DNA of 64,000 nt from Giesbergeria sp. (GCA_041798325.1 JBHCAP010000013.1:27504-91503); one strand, 5' to 3'. Shown: positions 43,580 to 54,263, counted from the first letter of the stretch. The notes: a model not told the origin generated them from the letters alone. Program-made: numbers and translations.

Positions 43580-44860
43580 TCAAACCGGGCTGGTAAACAC
43601 CGTCAGTACGCCAGCGTAGCCGTAGAGGTGGTGATGGGCGATTTCGCCGCCGGCAAAAAAGCCCACCAGCGGCACATCGCCCAGCGCGCGGCGCACGATG
43701 TGCAGCTCGGCACTTTCGCCGCCAAAGTGCGGGCCGCCCCGACCCGAGCAACTGACGTAAATGGCGCCGACCATGCGCCGTGCAGGCAATGCCAGCTCGT
43801 CTGGCACCAACTCCTCGCGGATTTCAGCGCAGATGCGTGTCAAATCGGCGCGCGCTGCCGCCACGTTGCGCTGGCAAAACGACAGGCGCATCCCCGGCTC
43901 AATCAAATCGCCCAGCGCTACGCCATGGCGCGCGCCGTCCAGCCCAATGATGTGGCGCACGCGCGTGTCGGTGCCAAAGTGGCCGGTCTGCCCCAGCGCT
44001 GGGGCGTCGGTGCTGCGCGGCGCGTCCATCAGGCCGACCAGCGTAGCGCGCACACTTTCCACCGCGTGCTGCGGATTGCCATCGAGCGACACCTGCAAGG
44101 TATGCAGCAGCACATCGAGCGCCGGCTCGCTGTCGAGCTGCAGCACCACGTTGTCTTGCGCCGCCGTAATCGACTGCACTGGCCCAATCGGCTGGCAGCC
44201 CTGCGTAACGCGCGACAGCAGCGCCACGCGCGCATCAAACGCCACGCCCGACAAGCCGCTGCGAAACACCCCGCTGGCGTGCCCCTGCCCGGCCATGTTG
44301 CCGTCGCCGCCAACGGCAAACTGCACGCTGGCATGGCGGCTGGCGGACAGACCGCCAAACACATAACCGCTGCGGGTGCGCTCGGCCATCTCGGCAATCA
44401 AACCGGCGATATCGGGCATTTGGCCGTCGGCGTGCAAAAGCGCGGTGTGGGCGACAAAGCCCCGTCCCTCGCCGCCCGTGACACGCGCCAGCGGTGCCAC
44501 GCCCGAGAACACGCGGTATTGGTCAGCCGGCACGTCCAACAACAGTAGCGCCAGCGCCGGCTGGTCAAAGTATTCGACCGCACCAGCGCAGACGCCAATG
44601 CCCACCGTGCCGCTCCAGTCGGTCACGCTGGGCAGGGCGGCGCTCAGGTGCTCTAGCACCGCTTGCGCCTTGGCCGCGTCATGGGCGTAGTGGTCGGTGA
44701 TGTAGAGCAGCCCCAGCGTGGGCGCGCTGGCATAGCGCGGGTCGCGCATTTGCGCCTGCACCATCGCGAGCGCCGCATCAGCGGCCACACGCCAATCGGG
44801 GCTGCTGGCATGGCCACACGGAAACAGCCTTAGCCCGCTGGTGCGCGATGTATCAGCCAA
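43580..44860 (-). CDS. FIST-domain signal transduction protein
   Basis: VFGGLSAS, VTQGCQPIGP, YVSCSGRG, PLVGFFAGGEI, LYGYAGVL. Start uncertain. Confidence 0.87.
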   Translation of the reverse strand: MADTSRTSGLRLFPCGHASSPDWRVAADAALAMVQAQMRDPRYASAPTLGLLYITDHYAHDAAKAQAVLEHLSAALPSVTDWSGTVGIGVCAGAVEYFDQPALALLLLDVPADQYRVFSGVAPLARVTGGEGRGFVAHTALLHADGQMPDIAGLIAEMAERTRSGYVFGGLSASRHASVQFAVGGDGNMAGQGHASGVFRSGLSGVAFDARVALLSRVTQGCQPIGPVQSITAAQDNVVLQLDSEPALDVLLHTLQVSLDGNPQHAVESVRATLVGLMDAPRSTDAPALGQTGHFGTDTRVRHIIGLDGARHGVALGDLIEPGMRLSFCQRNVAAARADLTRICAEIREELVPDELALPARRMVGAIYVSCSGRGGPHFGGESAELHIVRRALGDVPLVGFFAGGEIAHHHLYGYAGVLTVFTSPV

Positions 44861-44880
44861 GGCCAGCCTCGCTAGGCGAC

Positions 44881-45777
44881 TTAACGCGCCGCTTTGGTGC
44901 TGGGGCGGCGTGCAGTACCAGTACCGGCGGATGTGGCCTTAGGCGCAGCAGCTTTTTTAGCTGCGGCACCAGCACGCGCTGTACTGTCTTTAGCCGCCGT
45001 GGTGCTTTTAGCCGCCGTGGTTTTCTTCACGGCAGCAGGGGCGCCCGCTGAGGCTGGCTTGGGGGCAGCGGCAGCGGCAGCGGCCAAACTGGTGGCGGCG
45101 CGCGTCACTTTTTGCACGTTTTGCACGCCTTGGGCAGCGATGTCGGTGGCCGTCTTTAGCGCTCCCTTGGCCATATCGGTGGCTGCGCCCTGCGCTGCTT
45201 CAAACGCGTTTTGCTTGGCCACATCGGCCAGCACCGTGCCGGCAATTTGTTGAAACTGCTGGGTCAGCGCGCCCCACCACTGCATTGGATCGACCGCGCT
45301 GGTTGGCGCTTTGGCGTCGCTGCTGGGCGTGGCCGTGGCTGCGGGGGGCGCAGCGGGCGGCGGCGTCGGCACATCAGGCACGCGAGCGGCAGCCGTCATC
45401 GACTGCGCCGCGCCGACAAACGACTCGCTCATTTTTTGCATATTGCCCAACACCGCATCTGGCGTGTTCATCTTGAACACGTTGGCGACGTCGCTCATGC
45501 TGACGTTCATGCCTTCGAGCGTGGACAGCGTCATTTTTTGCACCTCCAGCGCCTGAATCGTCGCCGTGAGGGCGCGCGAGTTTTGCTCCAACCAAAACTG
45601 CACCGACTTCAACTCCTGAATGCGCTTGTCCACCTCTTCAACGCTCATCGTTGGCGCAATCCAGCTCGACAAACTGGGCATCTGCGCCGAGTTGTTGGCC
45701 GCGCCTTTGGTCAAGCTCTGCAAAAAGTCAAAACCGGGCACAAATTTACCGAAATTGAAGGGGGTGTTGTCGCTCAT
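44881..45777 (-). CDS. phaM: PhaM-family PHA granule/nucleoid-linking protein
   Basis: WIAPTMSVEEVDKRIQELKSVQFWLEQN..LEVQKMTLSTL, QWWGALTQQF, Ala/Lys/Pro-rich histone-like tail. Confidence 0.75.
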   Translation of the reverse strand: MSDNTPFNFGKFVPGFDFLQSLTKGAANNSAQMPSLSSWIAPTMSVEEVDKRIQELKSVQFWLEQNSRALTATIQALEVQKMTLSTLEGMNVSMSDVANVFKMNTPDAVLGNMQKMSESFVGAAQSMTAAARVPDVPTPPPAAPPAATATPSSDAKAPTSAVDPMQWWGALTQQFQQIAGTVLADVAKQNAFEAAQGAATDMAKGALKTATDIAAQGVQNVQKVTRAATSLAAAAAAAPKPASAGAPAAVKKTTAAKSTTAAKDSTARAGAAAKKAAAPKATSAGTGTARRPSTKAAR

Positions 45778-45855
45778 TGGATACTCCTAGCGGGAGGTAA
45801 AAAAACACTTCTACAGCTTAACGCCAACGCAAGCGCAAGCGCCTGTGAGACGAAC

Positions 45856-46398
45856 TCAATGCGGGTGGTGCTGCATCGGCGGCACAGACATCGTATGCCC
45901 AGCTGTAGCGCCCGGCGCTTTGACGGCTACGGGCAATTGCAACTGTTGTTGGCTTTCAACGCCTTGCGCGTCTTGAAAAAACAGCGTCACTGGCACGCTG
46001 GTGCCTTTGGCCAGCGGCGCTTTCAAGTCCATCAGCATGACGTGGTAGCCGCCGGGTTTTAGCTCGACGGCTTTGCCAGCGGGCAGCTCCAGCGCAGGCA
46101 CGGCGCGCATTTTCATGATGTCGCCGTCCATCTTCATTTCGTGGACTTCGGTGATGCCGGCGGCGGGCGACTGGGCGCGCACCAAGCGCATCGCCTCAGG
46201 CGCGGTCAGGCGCATAAAAGCGCCGGTGGCCGTTTGACCCTTCACACTGGCGCGCGCCCAAGCGCCTTCAACGCTCACGCTGACGGGGCTGCTGACGGCG
46301 GCGCTGTCAGCAGCGGCGACGGGCGTTTGCGCATGGGCGGCACCACTGAGCACAGCAGCGGCAAGGAACACGGGGGCGGTGAGGCGTTGCAAGAACAT
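45856..46398 (-). CDS. PCu(A)C-family periplasmic copper chaperone
   Basis: Signal peptide, AWARAS, EVHEMKMDGDIMKMR, LKPGGYHVMLM. Confidence 0.92.
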   Translation of the reverse strand: MFLQRLTAPVFLAAAVLSGAAHAQTPVAAADSAAVSSPVSVSVEGAWARASVKGQTATGAFMRLTAPEAMRLVRAQSPAAGITEVHEMKMDGDIMKMRAVPALELPAGKAVELKPGGYHVMLMDLKAPLAKGTSVPVTLFFQDAQGVESQQQLQLPVAVKAPGATAGHTMSVPPMQHHPH

Positions 46399-46463
46399 AG
46401 ATTTCTCCCATAAAAAAACGTTAAAAGACTGTAGCCCAACGCTTGGGTGGCTTATTTTTAGCA

Positions 46464-46507
46464 TCAAAATGGCCTCTAGCCCTTTAAACACGGGCGCTAG
46501 CAGCTAT
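46464..46507 (-). repeat. Dispersed REP-like repeat copy (reverse)
   Basis: tcaaaatggcctctagccctttaaacacgggcgctagcagctat; exact reverse complement of the 37304 copy. Confidence 0.92.
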
Positions 46508-46543
46508 TAAATCAGTAGTAAATAAAAGAAAGGCAAGAGCGCT

Positions 46544-47593
46544 ATGAGCAAATCTTTGCGATTGTCCGAAAAATGGTTTCGCCGCGGCCTGTGGCTGGTA
46601 GCGCTGGTGTTTGCCAGCTTTTTGATTGGGCTGGGCGGCACCATCGTTGGCGACTTGCCGCAAGTCGAAGCGCAACTGGAGCTGGATGATTTTCTCGACC
46701 GCCCGCAAGCTCAGCTGTTGCGCGCGCAATTGCAAACCGAGCGCAGCGCCGCCGAAGCCGCACAGACCGCGCTAGAGCAAGCCCAGCTGCAGCGCGACAA
46801 AGCGCGCGGCGAAATCCAATCGCAGCGCGAAAGCTTTAACAACTGGCTGGCCGCGCGCAGCGTCACCCAGCGCGCCGAGCACGACCCCGACGTGCTGGCG
46901 CGCACCCGCGTGCTGGACGCGCTGCAAGCGGCCGAGCAAGCCCAGCGCCGCGCCGTGCAAGCGCAGCAACAAGCCGCGCTGGACGCACGCCAAGCCGCCG
47001 CGCAGACGCAAAAGCACATCGACCAGTTAGAGAGCGCCGCCCGCACGCTGATGCAGGCCGAGCTGCGCCGCGTCGAACTGCGCGTGTTTTTGTACCGCCT
47101 CGCGCTGACGCTGCCGCTGCTGGCCATCGCTGGCTGGCTGTTCGTCAAAAAGCGCCAAAGCACTTACTGGCCGTTTGTCTGGGGCTTTGTCTTTTTTGCG
47201 CTGTTTGCGTTTTTTGTCGAGCTGGTGCCCTACCTGCCCAGCTACGGCGGTTATGTGCGCTACGTGGTTGGCATTGGTATCACCGCGCTGGTCGGGCGCT
47301 ATGCGATTTTGGCGCTCAACCGCTATTTGGAGCAGCAAAAGCTGGCCGAGGCTTTGCCCGACCAAGAGCGGCGCAAAGAACTGAGCTACGACGTGGCGCT
47401 GGCGCGTCTGGCCAAAAGCGTTTGCCCCGGCTGCGAGCGCCCAGTCGATTTAAAAGACGGCGTGACCGACTTTTGCCCGCACTGCGGCATCGGCCTGTTT
47501 GACCACTGCGGCAGCTGCCAAACCCGCAAGAGCGCGTTTGCCCGGTTTTGCCACGCCTGTGGCGCACCGGGCGCTGCGGGTCAGCAGGTTTAG
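46544..47593 (+). CDS. Membrane protein with coiled coil and C-terminal double zinc ribbon
   Basis: TM segments, long coiled coil, CPGC..CPHC..CGSC..CHAC. Confidence 0.85.
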   Translation: MSKSLRLSEKWFRRGLWLVALVFASFLIGLGGTIVGDLPQVEAQLELDDFLDRPQAQLLRAQLQTERSAAEAAQTALEQAQLQRDKARGEIQSQRESFNNWLAARSVTQRAEHDPDVLARTRVLDALQAAEQAQRRAVQAQQQAALDARQAAAQTQKHIDQLESAARTLMQAELRRVELRVFLYRLALTLPLLAIAGWLFVKKRQSTYWPFVWGFVFFALFAFFVELVPYLPSYGGYVRYVVGIGITALVGRYAILALNRYLEQQKLAEALPDQERRKELSYDVALARLAKSVCPGCERPVDLKDGVTDFCPHCGIGLFDHCGSCQTRKSAFARFCHACGAPGAAGQQV

Positions 47594-47602
47594 AGGCTTT
47601 TT

Positions 47603-49393
47603 TTAAAAGCTCTCCCAATCGTCGTTATTGCTGTTGCTGTTGCTGCTGCTGGACGCAGCCGCAATGCGCGGCGCGGGTGCCGGCGCATGGGCGCGCGGTG
47701 CGGCCGGGCGGGCGCTGGTGCCCAGCGCGGGCTTGGCGACGGGCTTGGCGACAGGTTTGGGCGCAGGCGCTGGCGAGCGCGCAGCCACACGGGCGGGCGC
47801 GCTGCGCGCAGCTTGCGCCTCGTACTGGCCCAGCTGGAACACGGCCACGGCCTGCACCAGTTGCTGCGCTTGCTGGCTCAGGCTGGCGGCGGCGGCAGCC
47901 GATTCCTCTACCAGCGCGGCGTTTTGCTGCGTCACTTGGTCGAGTTGGGCGACCGCTTCGCTCACTTGCCCCATCCCCACCGTCTGCTCGGCAGTGGAGA
48001 CGCTGATCTCGCGGATCATGCTGGTCACGCGCTGCACCTCTTGCACGATTTGCTGCATGTTGATGCCGGCGGTATCAACCAGCTTGCTGCCCGCATCCAC
48101 TTTGTCCACGCTGTCGTTGATCAGCAGTTTGATCTCTTTGGCGGCCTCGGCGCTGCGCCCGGCCAAGCTGCGCACCTCGCTGGCAACGACGGCAAAACCA
48201 CGGCCTTGTTCGCCGGCGCGCGCGGCTTCCACAGCGGCGTTGAGCGCCAAAATATTGGTCTGAAACGCGATGCTGTCGATCACGCCAATGATGTCGGAGA
48301 TCTTGCGCGAGGCGGTGTTGATCTCCTGCATCGTCACCACGACCTGCTCCATCACTTGACCGCCTTGGGTCGCAACTTGGCTGGCGTTAATAGCCAACTC
48401 GGTGGCTTGGCGCGCGGTGTCGGCGCTGGTTTGCACGGTGCTGGAAATTTCTTCCATTGACGCCGCTGTTTCTTCCAAGTTGCTGGCCTGCGTTTCGGTG
48501 CGCTGCGACAGGTCGCTGTTGCCCGTAGAAATTTGCTGCGAGCCGGTGGCAATGCTGTCGCTGCTGGCGCGCACGGTGCTGACAATGTGGCGCAGCGAGG
48601 CCTGCATTTCGTGCATGGCGTGGACTACGCTGGTCGACTCGGCTTGGGAGTCATCAATGGTGGTGCTCAGGTCGCCCAAAGCAATCGCGTTGGCCGTAGC
48701 CGCCACGTCCGACGGCTCGCCGCCCAGCTGGCGCGTCAAGCCGCGCGTAATCAGCACACCGATGGTGACACCCGCCAACAAGCCCCCCAGCGTCAGCGCA
48801 ATCAACAAGGTGCGGATATTGGCGTAGATCGCGTCGGTTTCGTCGCTCAAGTCCTTGGCGTTGGTGCTTTTGCGCTGCACCAGCTGCGTCATCAAGTCGC
48901 TGAGTTTGTTGGCCGTAGGCGTACCAACGACCAGCAAATGCTGCACAGCACTGCCCATCACCTCGGGCAACGGGTCGTCGCGCAGTTTGGCAGCCATCTC
49001 TTTGGCAATGACTTCATAGGCAGCCAGCGCGCTTATCGTGGCATTGAGCTGGGCTTTGCCAGCGGGCGTAAAGAAAGTCGATTCCGCCGAGGTCAGCGCA
49101 GCCTTGGACTCATCTAAGCGCTTTTGCATATCTTGCAAGTGGCGGCTGCGCTCTTGCTCCGTGCCCACCAGCATGGCGCTGCGCACCGAGCGCGTCGCCT
49201 CTATCAAATCCAAATTAGCCTCTGCAATCAGCTGCGCACCCACCATCTCGCGCTCGTACATCAAGGTGCCCAAATCGCTCAGCTCGCTTGTTTTCAGAAT
49301 GCCCAGCACGCCAATGACGGCACCAATCAGCGAGACGCTCAAAAAGCCGAAAATCAGCTTGGAACCCACCTTCATTTGTGTAAACCAGTTCAT
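47603..49393 (-). CDS. Methyl-accepting chemotaxis protein (4HB sensor)
   Basis: [34 protein letters not shown]; C-terminal DWESF pentapeptide. Confidence 0.96.
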   Translation of the reverse strand: MNWFTQMKVGSKLIFGFLSVSLIGAVIGVLGILKTSELSDLGTLMYEREMVGAQLIAEANLDLIEATRSVRSAMLVGTEQERSRHLQDMQKRLDESKAALTSAESTFFTPAGKAQLNATISALAAYEVIAKEMAAKLRDDPLPEVMGSAVQHLLVVGTPTANKLSDLMTQLVQRKSTNAKDLSDETDAIYANIRTLLIALTLGGLLAGVTIGVLITRGLTRQLGGEPSDVAATANAIALGDLSTTIDDSQAESTSVVHAMHEMQASLRHIVSTVRASSDSIATGSQQISTGNSDLSQRTETQASNLEETAASMEEISSTVQTSADTARQATELAINASQVATQGGQVMEQVVVTMQEINTASRKISDIIGVIDSIAFQTNILALNAAVEAARAGEQGRGFAVVASEVRSLAGRSAEAAKEIKLLINDSVDKVDAGSKLVDTAGINMQQIVQEVQRVTSMIREISVSTAEQTVGMGQVSEAVAQLDQVTQQNAALVEESAAAAASLSQQAQQLVQAVAVFQLGQYEAQAARSAPARVAARSPAPAPKPVAKPVAKPALGTSARPAAPRAHAPAPAPRIAAASSSSNSNSNNDDWESF

Positions 49394-49612
49394 TTATTCT
49401 CCAAGAGTTGTTGCAAATTGAGGCATTTCTGCGGTCGGCACTAAAGGGTATCAAAGAAGCACTGGGTGTTTTTTATTGCATTTTTCAGCCAGCTGATTAC
49501 AAGAAGTTTCAGATTCGTGCCATGTCGAAGATAACTGACACCCATGTCAGACAAAAAGCCGTCCGCTCTGCGCGCTTGGGCCGCTCAGGCCGCAAGCAGG
49601 TCAAAAATTAGG

Positions 49613-49656
49613 TCAAAAACGGCTCTAAGGCTTATGGCGTGTGCGCTAACAGCTAT
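49613..49656 (-). repeat. Degenerate repeat copy (reverse) downstream of the R-M gene
   Basis: tcaaaaacggctctaaggcttatggcgtgtgcgctaacagctat. Confidence 0.75.
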
Positions 49657-49674
49657 CAATTTTGATTTTTCAAA

Positions 49675-52600
49675 TCACTGTAGTAGCGCCACATATTCAG
49701 GCCGCTTGGCCGCCAAGCCTTTGAAGCTGCGCAGCAGGTGGGCCAATTCGGCACCCGTGATGCCGTACAGGCGGGCGACGATGCGGTCGTTCTCGGCGCG
49801 CAGTTGGTCGCGCGCTTTGGCGGTGGCGGGCACGTCGCTGCGTTGCACGTTCAGCAGCGGTGCCAGTTCGGCAAAGTCGTCCCACGAGGCGGCCAGACTC
49901 AGCAGCAGGGCGTTTTTGGCCAGCTGGGTGTAGTCGGGGTTGGCGTGGATTTCTGCGTCGGTAGGCTGGGGCACGGGCAGGCGGTAGAGGTAGGTTTTGT
50001 TGGCGTGAATCTGAATCATGAAACGCGCCAACCAATCCACCGGCAAGCTGTTAAACCACGCCATTGCCAACAGCAGGCGCAGCGGTGATGTGGCTTGCAC
50101 GGTGACGCCGCCTTCAGCGTTGCGAACATAGGCTTTGGGAATGCTGATATTGATGGTGTTGCCCACACCAACGTTCTTGGGCAGCAGGCCAAAAATCAAA
50201 GTGCGCTCATTGGTATCGCTGGCGATATCGCGAAAGCCCAAGCGGACAAACTCCCGGTCGTAGCGCACCGCCGCTGCGTGCTTGGCCACTTCGGTTTTGG
50301 TCGTTTTCAAATCTTGCGCCATGCGGTACAGCTCTTTGCTGTGCAGGCGGTCATCAAACGCTTGCGGCTCCAGCCAATACTGCGGCTGGTCAAACACGTG
50401 GCTGTACTGCCAAATCATCTTGCCCTCAAACAGCGGCAGCAGTCCGGGCGCGTTTTTTTCGATGAACAAATCCTTGTCATCGGTCATGTGCAATTCGCGG
50501 CGGAAATCCAGCCAGCTGGGCGACAGCGCAGCAAAGGCGCTGTAGCACTTTTGCAGAATCGGCAGGTCGGCACCGTGGCGCAGCTCCATCAGCGACCAAT
50601 GCTCGGGCGACAGCGCTTTGATGGTGTCCAGCGGGTAAGGGACATGGATTTCTGGCCGCTGCAAATCAGCCGCATCGAGCACGTAAAACGCGGTGTCGAT
50701 GGGCGGCGCATCGGCCTCGGGCGGCGTGTTGACCACCTGCATCAGCGCAAATTTGTAGCTGCGGTGGACTTCGGGAAAGATGCCTTCGCGGTTCTCAAAG
50801 CTGTAGAAAAACCGCAACTGCGCCTGCGTGAAGATGTGGCGGCGCAGCAGCGTGGAGCCTTCCTCAAACATCAGCGCGCTGGGCAGCACGTAGTTCAAAC
50901 TGCCACCGGCGTTGAGCAGCCCCAGATTGCGTTCGACAAACAACCGAAACAGGTTGGCGTCGCCCGCGCCCTTGTTGAGCGGAAAGACGTTTTTGTCCTT
51001 GTAGTACTCGTTGGCCACTTCCGTGCTGCGCTTGCTTGCTTCGTAGGCCTGCGCAATGTGCGCGCTCTCCAGCAGGCGTTTTTGCACGGCGGATTTTTCG
51101 CTGTTCTTCAGCGTGCGGTAGTTGCTGTGGTACTGCGGAAAAAAGTCGGTATCAAACAGCTTGACCTTGTCCCACGGCGGGTTGCCGACGATGGCGTCAA
51201 AGCCCTTTTTGTCGCCGGCAAAGGCTTCCGGGAACGCCACTTCGTAGTGGAAGAAGTGAAAGCGCTGGGCGTAGCTTTCCACCAGTTTCAGCGCGGCGGT
51301 CTGGCGCTTGTTGTCGTCAAACAACTGCGCCAGCAGGTCGGGCGTTTTGTCCAGCGCCTCGCAGCCGGCCTTGTCGCCCTCGGCCAGCAGGGCGCGGCGC
51401 GTGCAGATGAAACTGAGCGCGCGCGACAGCAGTTGCAGCTTGGGCGCAATCGAGTTTTTCCACAGCCGTTTGGACTGCTCCACCTCGGCCGCCGTGGTGT
51501 CGCGCATGTTGGCCATCTCATCCATTACGCCGCGCAGCTCATCAAAACGCGCGCTCAGGTCATCGACAAACAAGTCGTTTTGCTGCACTTCGGTGGCGTT
51601 GTAGTCAATGAACTCTTGCACGCTGGCACCCATCAGCGCGTTGCCGTGCTGCACGTGGTGTTCGATGAACGACAGCGGCGTGCCAAAGATAAAGCTGTCC
51701 ATCCACAGCGACAGGCGCGCCAGCTCGACGGCAAACGGGTTCAAGTCCACGCCGAAAATGCAGCGCTTGAGCAGCGCACGCTTCAAAATTTGCGCGTCTT
51801 CCGGGACGTAATCAAGGTTTAAAAACTGCAACTGCTGGGCGATCTTGGCGCGCTCTTGGGCGACCAACTGCTGCAACGCCGCGTCGGTGTCAAGCTGCGC
51901 CAGCGCCCGGTCGGTCAGCGCGCCCAGCGCTTCGACCAAAAAGTGGCCACTGCCGCAGGCGTTGTCCAAAATCTTCAAATCCATCAACGCTTTGCCCTGC
52001 GCCCCGGCCTCCACTCCCGCGCCGGACAGCGCTTGGTCGATGGCGGCTTGCACCAGCGGCTGCGACAACGAAGCCGGCGTGTAGTAACTGGCCGAGGTTT
52101 TGCGCGAGTTGCTGGCGCTTTTCAGGGCGACGTCGCCTTTTTTGACGTGGATTTCGCGCAGGGCTTTAAAGCCTTTTTCTTTGCGCAGCACGGCGCTGTC
52201 GTAGGCGTCGAAATAGGCTTCGACGGCTTTACCGCGCGTGGCGGTGGTTTCGTATTCGAGGTACACCGCCGTCTCGGTGGCTTTCTCGAAGCGGAACTCC
52301 AGCAGCCCTTCATAAATGCGCCCCAAGTGGGTGACGCTCATGTTTTTGAAGTCGCGCCGGGTGTCAAACAGCGTCGTGCCCCGGTGGGTTTTGTAGAGCA
52401 GCTTTTCTAAAATTTGGCGCAGCGTGGCGTTGTCAAAAATTTTCGGCACCAGCAACAGCGGCGCGCGCTGGGGGTCAAACAGGCCGCCGTTGAACAGCGG
52501 AATGTCGATGTCCTGCGCCCCCTCGTCCAGCATTTCAAACAGGTGCTTGAGCGCATACACGCCGTCGTGCAGGCTACTGAGCGCACCCGTTTGGTCGGGC

Positions 52601-53535
52601 AGACTGTCAAAAATATGGCCAAGGCTGAAGCGGTTGTAAAACGGATGGCGTGCCAGCAGCTCGCGGTTCTTGTCCTCAAAATAAACCACAAACAGCAACC
52701 GAAACAGCAGCACCACGCTGTTTTCATACACCGCGTCCATGCTGGCTTGGGGGCTGGCGCGGTGGATGGCGCGGCCCATGGTTTCAAACAGCGAATCCTC
52801 GCCGGCATAGCCATAAATGACGGCTTTGAGGTTTTCTTCCACCGCCAGCGTGAAGTCGGCGGACGCGGCAATGGTTTGCTCGATGGCGCTGACCTGCCCG
52901 GCCACGGCAGGCGGCAGATAGGTGCTGCGGCCAAAGAAGAAGGCAAACAGCGCCAGCGCCTCGGTCTTTTCCGTGCCGGCGGGCAGCGCGCAAATGGCTT
53001 CTAAATCAAACTGCAGATAGGTCTTTTTGGCGGTGATTTTGTCGGTGTCATACATCCGCCAAAGACGGCCATTGGTCAAAAAACCAAAGCGCACGCGCAA
53101 GGTGCTCAGGTAGCCCTGCAGCTGGTGGTGCGGGTTGTCTTTGGGGTCAGCCTTGCCGGTGTCCAGCGTTTTGTCCCACGCTTTGGATTCGCAAATGGCG
53201 GTGATGAGCTGGTGGTCTTTGCTGGCCACCAGCGCGTCGCCTTGGGCGGGTTCGAGCAGCAAACACCAGTCGGGTTTGGCCAATTTGCCCTGCACCGTCA
53301 GCGTTTCTTGCGCCACCTTGCACCAGCCCAGTTGCGTCAGCAGCGGGCCGATAAAAGTGTCTTCCAACTGCGCCTCGCTGCGCCGGGACAGGCTGGCGGG
53401 CGCAAAGTGCTGCGCCAACCACGCCGCCAAGCCATATGGCTCGTGCGCCTGGCCCAGTGCGTGGCGCTGCTGCGCCACAAAGCCCTCGTCCAGCAGGGTG
53501 TTGAGCAGCCACGGGCTGGGGAAAAGGTCTTGCAT
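49675..53535 (-). CDS. Type IIG (Eco57I-like) fused restriction endonuclease / N6-adenine methyltransferase
   Basis: KPD...CESK nuclease motif, LTNGRLWRMY, FNGGLF, LGRIYEGLL, ASYYTP, DNACGSGHF (motif I), GNPPW (motif IV), C-terminal TRD. Confidence 0.9.
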   Translation of the reverse strand: MQDLFPSPWLLNTLLDEGFVAQQRHALGQAHEPYGLAAWLAQHFAPASLSRRSEAQLEDTFIGPLLTQLGWCKVAQETLTVQGKLAKPDWCLLLEPAQGDALVASKDHQLITAICESKAWDKTLDTGKADPKDNPHHQLQGYLSTLRVRFGFLTNGRLWRMYDTDKITAKKTYLQFDLEAICALPAGTEKTEALALFAFFFGRSTYLPPAVAGQVSAIEQTIAASADFTLAVEENLKAVIYGYAGEDSLFETMGRAIHRASPQASMDAVYENSVVLLFRLLFVVYFEDKNRELLARHPFYNRFSLGHIFDSLPDQTGALSSLHDGVYALKHLFEMLDEGAQDIDIPLFNGGLFDPQRAPLLLVPKIFDNATLRQILEKLLYKTHRGTTLFDTRRDFKNMSVTHLGRIYEGLLEFRFEKATETAVYLEYETTATRGKAVEAYFDAYDSAVLRKEKGFKALREIHVKKGDVALKSASNSRKTSASYYTPASLSQPLVQAAIDQALSGAGVEAGAQGKALMDLKILDNACGSGHFLVEALGALTDRALAQLDTDAALQQLVAQERAKIAQQLQFLNLDYVPEDAQILKRALLKRCIFGVDLNPFAVELARLSLWMDSFIFGTPLSFIEHHVQHGNALMGASVQEFIDYNATEVQQNDLFVDDLSARFDELRGVMDEMANMRDTTAAEVEQSKRLWKNSIAPKLQLLSRALSFICTRRALLAEGDKAGCEALDKTPDLLAQLFDDNKRQTAALKLVESYAQRFHFFHYEVAFPEAFAGDKKGFDAIVGNPPWDKVKLFDTDFFPQYHSNYRTLKNSEKSAVQKRLLESAHIAQAYEASKRSTEVANEYYKDKNVFPLNKGAGDANLFRLFVERNLGLLNAGGSLNYVLPSALMFEEGSTLLRRHIFTQAQLRFFYSFENREGIFPEVHRSYKFALMQVVNTPPEADAPPIDTAFYVLDAADLQRPEIHVPYPLDTIKALSPEHWSLMELRHGADLPILQKCYSAFAALSPSWLDFRRELHMTDDKDLFIEKNAPGLLPLFEGKMIWQYSHVFDQPQYWLEPQAFDDRLHSKELYRMAQDLKTTKTEVAKHAAAVRYDREFVRLGFRDIASDTNERTLIFGLLPKNVGVGNTINISIPKAYVRNAEGGVTVQATSPLRLLLAMAWFNSLPVDWLARFMIQIHANKTYLYRLPVPQPTDAEIHANPDYTQLAKNALLLSLAASWDDFAELAPLLNVQRSDVPATAKARDQLRAENDRIVARLYGITGAELAHLLRSFKGLAAKRPEYVALLQ

Positions 53536-53582
53536 GTTCAGGCTCTGCGGTCGTCTGGAGGGGTCAAAACGCCATTTTTATG

Positions 53583-53640
53583 TCAAATCGGCCTCTAGCC
53601 CTTTAAACACGGGCGCTAGTAGCTATCAAATTTGATAGCT
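53583..53640 (-). repeat. Repeat copy (reverse) upstream of the R-M gene with a terminal AGCTATCAAATTTGATAGCT palindrome
   Basis: tcaaatcggcctctagccctttaaacacgggcgctagtagctat + caaatttgatagct. Confidence 0.9.
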
Positions 53641-53664
53641 TGAGGCTATTGCCAGCGCAAACAC

Positions 53665-54060
53665 TCACGCGTGCATCGCCGCTTTAGCAGCCTCGACCAT
53701 AAAACCGCTGCGGCTTTGGCCGTGGCGTTTGGCGTATTCGTCAATGCGCCGCAGCACCATACGCGGCACGGTGATGTTGATTTTGTCGGTGGGGCCAAGG
53801 TATTTTTCGACCGGCACATCAACCACCGCCCAAACGCCGCCGGCGTAATCCGGGTTGGCTTGGTGCGCGGTCAAGCTGCTGGTGGAGGGAATATCTGCCC
53901 CATCTTCCATCAGCGTCTCGACGTGAAAATCAATCGCCTCGCGCACGCTTTCCAGCGCTTCGTCCAAGCCCTTGCCAGCAGAAAAGCACCCCGGCAAGTC
54001 GGGCACAGTGACGCCGTATTGCTGGCCGTCGTCGGTGTGTAGCACCACAATAAATTTCAT
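53665..54060 (-). CDS. hicB: HicB antitoxin
   Basis: YGVTVPDLPGCFSAG..EAI; C-terminal RHH KINITVP..RIDEYA..SRSGF. Confidence 0.92.
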   Translation of the reverse strand: MKFIVVLHTDDGQQYGVTVPDLPGCFSAGKGLDEALESVREAIDFHVETLMEDGADIPSTSSLTAHQANPDYAGGVWAVVDVPVEKYLGPTDKINITVPRMVLRRIDEYAKRHGQSRSGFMVEAAKAAMHA

Positions 54061-54080
54061 TGCGCGTCCTCCTTCATCGT

Positions 54081-54263
54081 TTAACGCCATCCGGCTTGGC
54101 GCTCAATGCTGTGCAGCGTGCCTTGCGCAATATCACCATCCGGGTGTTTGACGGTGACCAAGCCGGGCTTGTCCGGGTGCTTGAATTGGTGGTGCGAGCC
54201 CTTGACCCGCGCCAAATACCAGCCCGCCGTTTCCAGCTTTTTTATCACTTGCTTGCTGTTCAT
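54081..54263 (-). CDS. hicA: HicA mRNA interferase toxin
   Basis: LETAGWYLARVKGSHHQFKHP..LVTVKHP..GTL.SIERQAG. Confidence 0.92.
   Translation of the reverse strand: MNSKQVIKKLETAGWYLARVKGSHHQFKHPDKPGLVTVKHPDGDIAQGTLHSIERQAGWR

Noticed and set aside
46399-46491. N-terminal extension of the PCu(A)C ORF in the track
   Set aside because: It starts inside the repeat; a GGGAGA RBS and the signal peptide favour ATG 46398.
50095-51822. Long antisense ORFs (also 4543-5829, 8014-9126, 41228-42358, 56857-58095)
   Set aside because: Shadow frames opposite well-supported genes, expected at high GC; no motifs.
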